Shown here piece by piece: positions 61,710-64,000 of a DNA stretch of 64,000 nucleotides. Where the stretch lies: NCBI GenBank assembly GCA_964035575.1, contig OZ037847.1, positions 1,612,001 through 1,676,000 of the forward strand, written 5' to 3'. The notes beneath the pieces were generated by a model. That model worked only from the letters and a program-made list of their open reading frames with translations. It did no database searches and was not told the DNA's origin. The DNA comes from Rhynchopus sp. YZ270_cl-10 (taxonomy: Eukaryota). The position numbers were made by a program, and so were the translations under genes. Each line of letters begins with the position of its first letter. Positions within the stretch are counted from its first letter, which is position 1.

Positions 61710-62311
61710 TCGTTGCATTGTATCTGTATGATCAGTATGTGCTTCTGCTTTTCAAAAATTTCCTTTTGCAGCGCCTTTATCAAGAATCGTTGCCCCAAAC
61801 TATCTTCTCTCGAGTGCAACTGTTTTGTTGTCTCGAGACTGTTGTTACAAAAAACAAGGACACTGTTTTGTTGCAGGTGTCTGTGTGCCGCACACTGCAG
61901 GTCGTTCTTATCCCCTGCAGCTCTCAAAAACTCGGTCTTTTTCACCGTCTCTCGAAATGGACCAAAAGAACAGAATATGGTCCACACAACCTTTTTTTAC
62001 CTCCAGAAGTGTTATTTTTTTGTGAAATGGGTCAGATCAGAGATAAGAGTCAATCCTTGCATCTCTGCCACCCTAGTCGATTTCATGGAATACATTGTAT
62101 TAAAAAAAAACACACTGGATAATGTCTTTGCAATACAGGATTTTTTCCAACAGAACTCTCACAGGGGGACAGCCCCCCCACAAAAGAACAAACCGATACG
62201 GAAAAAAAGTTATCCTTCATTTTTACCTCTGTTTTTTACGCTCAATGGTCTTGTGTATAACATTCCAACCACAGGGTACACTTTTGAAGTTTCCCCCAAC
62301 AACACACGACA

Positions 62312-63905
62312 ATGCACCCTGAATCAAACGGCCCTCGATGTCTTCCGTCTGTTGATGTCGTGAGCAGCACACTGCAGGTGGAGAACCAACTGCTCAAGAG
62401 CCAGCTGCAGGCGCTGGCGACAACGATGAAGACGATGAAGATGGAGAACAACCAGCTCCACGAGCAGAAGGCACGTCTTGCACAGTATGTCTTCTAGATA
62501 ATTACTCATTCAACTTTATAGAATCAAGGGGGGGTCTACCTATTGGAGTGGCACATCTTATAAAGTCGGTGGCGCATCAGCATCAATAGAGGGTGCCTTA
62601 TGCCTCACGGGTTTTACCCCATTAGTTATTACCGCGACTGTATTGCACACCTCTACCGTCAATGGGACATCCACCCATTCTTTTCAATCACTACTTAGCT
62701 TATGTACCACACCACACCAAAGGGCCATATTCTGCGCAAGAATTACCCTCACTAGGCATTCCACCACACCACACCACAGAGAACGTGACGAACTGATGAA
62801 GAGTCTGAACGAAGCGGACGCGAAGTGCAAACAAAGCCAGCTCCTGCGCGACAGAGTTGTTGTGCTTGAGGCTGAGCTGGAACGCCTTGCGGAGTACGTC
62901 ACCGAAACAACCCAGGCACTGACCGCACAGCAGCAGGAGAAACGCCACCAGGACGCAACCCTGCAGCAGACACGCGACGCGCACCACAACCTCCAAGAGG
63001 AGGGTGTGGCATGCAAAGGCGCGCTCACAACACTGCTGCACAGACTGCACTCCCTGACGGTGAGCATGCTCCCCTCCTTCACCGCAGCAGAGACGAAGGA
63101 CGACGCCTCCACTCTCGACATCACAGAATGTCTCTCCGACGGTGTCGCCTTTCTCTCAGAAGTCTTCAAGGCACGCACAGAAGCGTCCTTCATGATCCGC
63201 GAGAAGATGAAGACCGAGCAGCTTGAGCTGCAGGCACGCATCTCCGTTGGCCAGCATAAGGAGACTGTTCTCCAGGAGGGGCTGCGCATGAGTGAAGACA
63301 ACATCGTCAAGGAGCGGGAGATGTTCCAGGCACAGCTTGCCGAGGCGGGCGAGCGTGCGCACACTGAAGCCGAGCGTGCGCAGGCGGGGGTGGCGGAGTA
63401 CCAGAAGCACCTTGAGGCTGCGGAGACGGAGATCCAGAAGGCTGCCTCCGCGAAGGCGGCTCTGGAGCGCGATATGTCTGAACGCGAGAGCGAACTTTCT
63501 GCGCTTGAGGAGCAACTGAAGAAGGAGGCTGCCGCACGTCGCCACCTGCAGCGCCTGCTTGGCGAGGAGCAGAACCACCGTGCGCTGTGCGAGCGCCAGG
63601 TGAAGGAGATGCGTCTGCAGATGAAGCTCTGCGGGCTGGGGGCGACACCGACGCTGAAGGAGGAGGACCTCGTCAACATGGTGACACGCCTCAACACAGA
63701 GCAGGGTGCGCTGGAGGTCGAGAACTGCAACCTGAGGGACAAGCTGCATGGTGTGCCACACACAGACGACTCTGACACAGACTACGGCGAGGACTCCCTC
63801 AACGAACAGGTCCAAGTGGCGATGGACAACAGTGGCGCCGACATCGCCCTAGCAGAGACGCTTCTAGAGAGAAAGATGAAGAAGCTTGCTGCATTGCAGC
63901 ACTGA
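62312..63905 (+). CDS. Coiled-coil protein of unknown function, 2 exons
   Basis: Exons 62312-62484 and 62780-63905 join in frame (CA|A). E/Q/L/A-rich heptads. Confidence 0.82.
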
Positions 63906-64000
63906 GGGTTTAGACGTAGGTAGATAGGGGATAGAGGGATAGAAGGATAGAGGGGATATGCCCATCCTTTCGGAAGTTAAACAAACATCCAAACAACCCC

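Noticed and set aside
61688..62363. 216-aa ORF at 61713 and other spacer ORFs rich in F, K and C
   Set aside because: Non-ATG starts, homopolymer-driven composition and no resemblance to the codon style of the real genes.
10409..63905. Non-canonical (non GT-AG) introns or genetic code change
   Set aside because: All reconstructed genes join in frame with GT-AG introns and end at standard TAA, TAG or TGA.

Overview
Eukaryotic nuclear DNA, most likely a euglenozoan and probably a diplonemid (inferred from gene layout and splice signals, not from a database match). I reconstructed 18 protein-coding genes, all on the + strand, with 37 short GT-AG introns (28 donors GTATG, all acceptors CAG). They are: CCAR1/DBC1-like, two coiled-coil proteins, a TM-cyclase-like-STE kinase, a HAD hydrolase, a SET methyltransferase, a possible CFAP96, CFAP52, HPF1, VPS26, Pkr1-like, PP2C, RPN13, a glutaredoxin ending in -SKL, an isopentenyl phosphate kinase-like protein, a tail-anchored protein, a MAPK and a GDPD. 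Spacers and introns hold several non-autonomous DNA transposon (MITE) families, two LSU rRNA fragments (one internally rearranged) and microsatellites. The most unusual signal is several unrelated families of 35-60 nt stem-loops. They occur only on the coding strand, use G-U and compensatory pairs, are usually followed by an AAC/ACTAA motif plus a tract and AG, and often sit 140-800 nt after stop codons. They are candidate amplified trans-splicing/polyadenylation cassettes. All gene models and alignments were made by eye.
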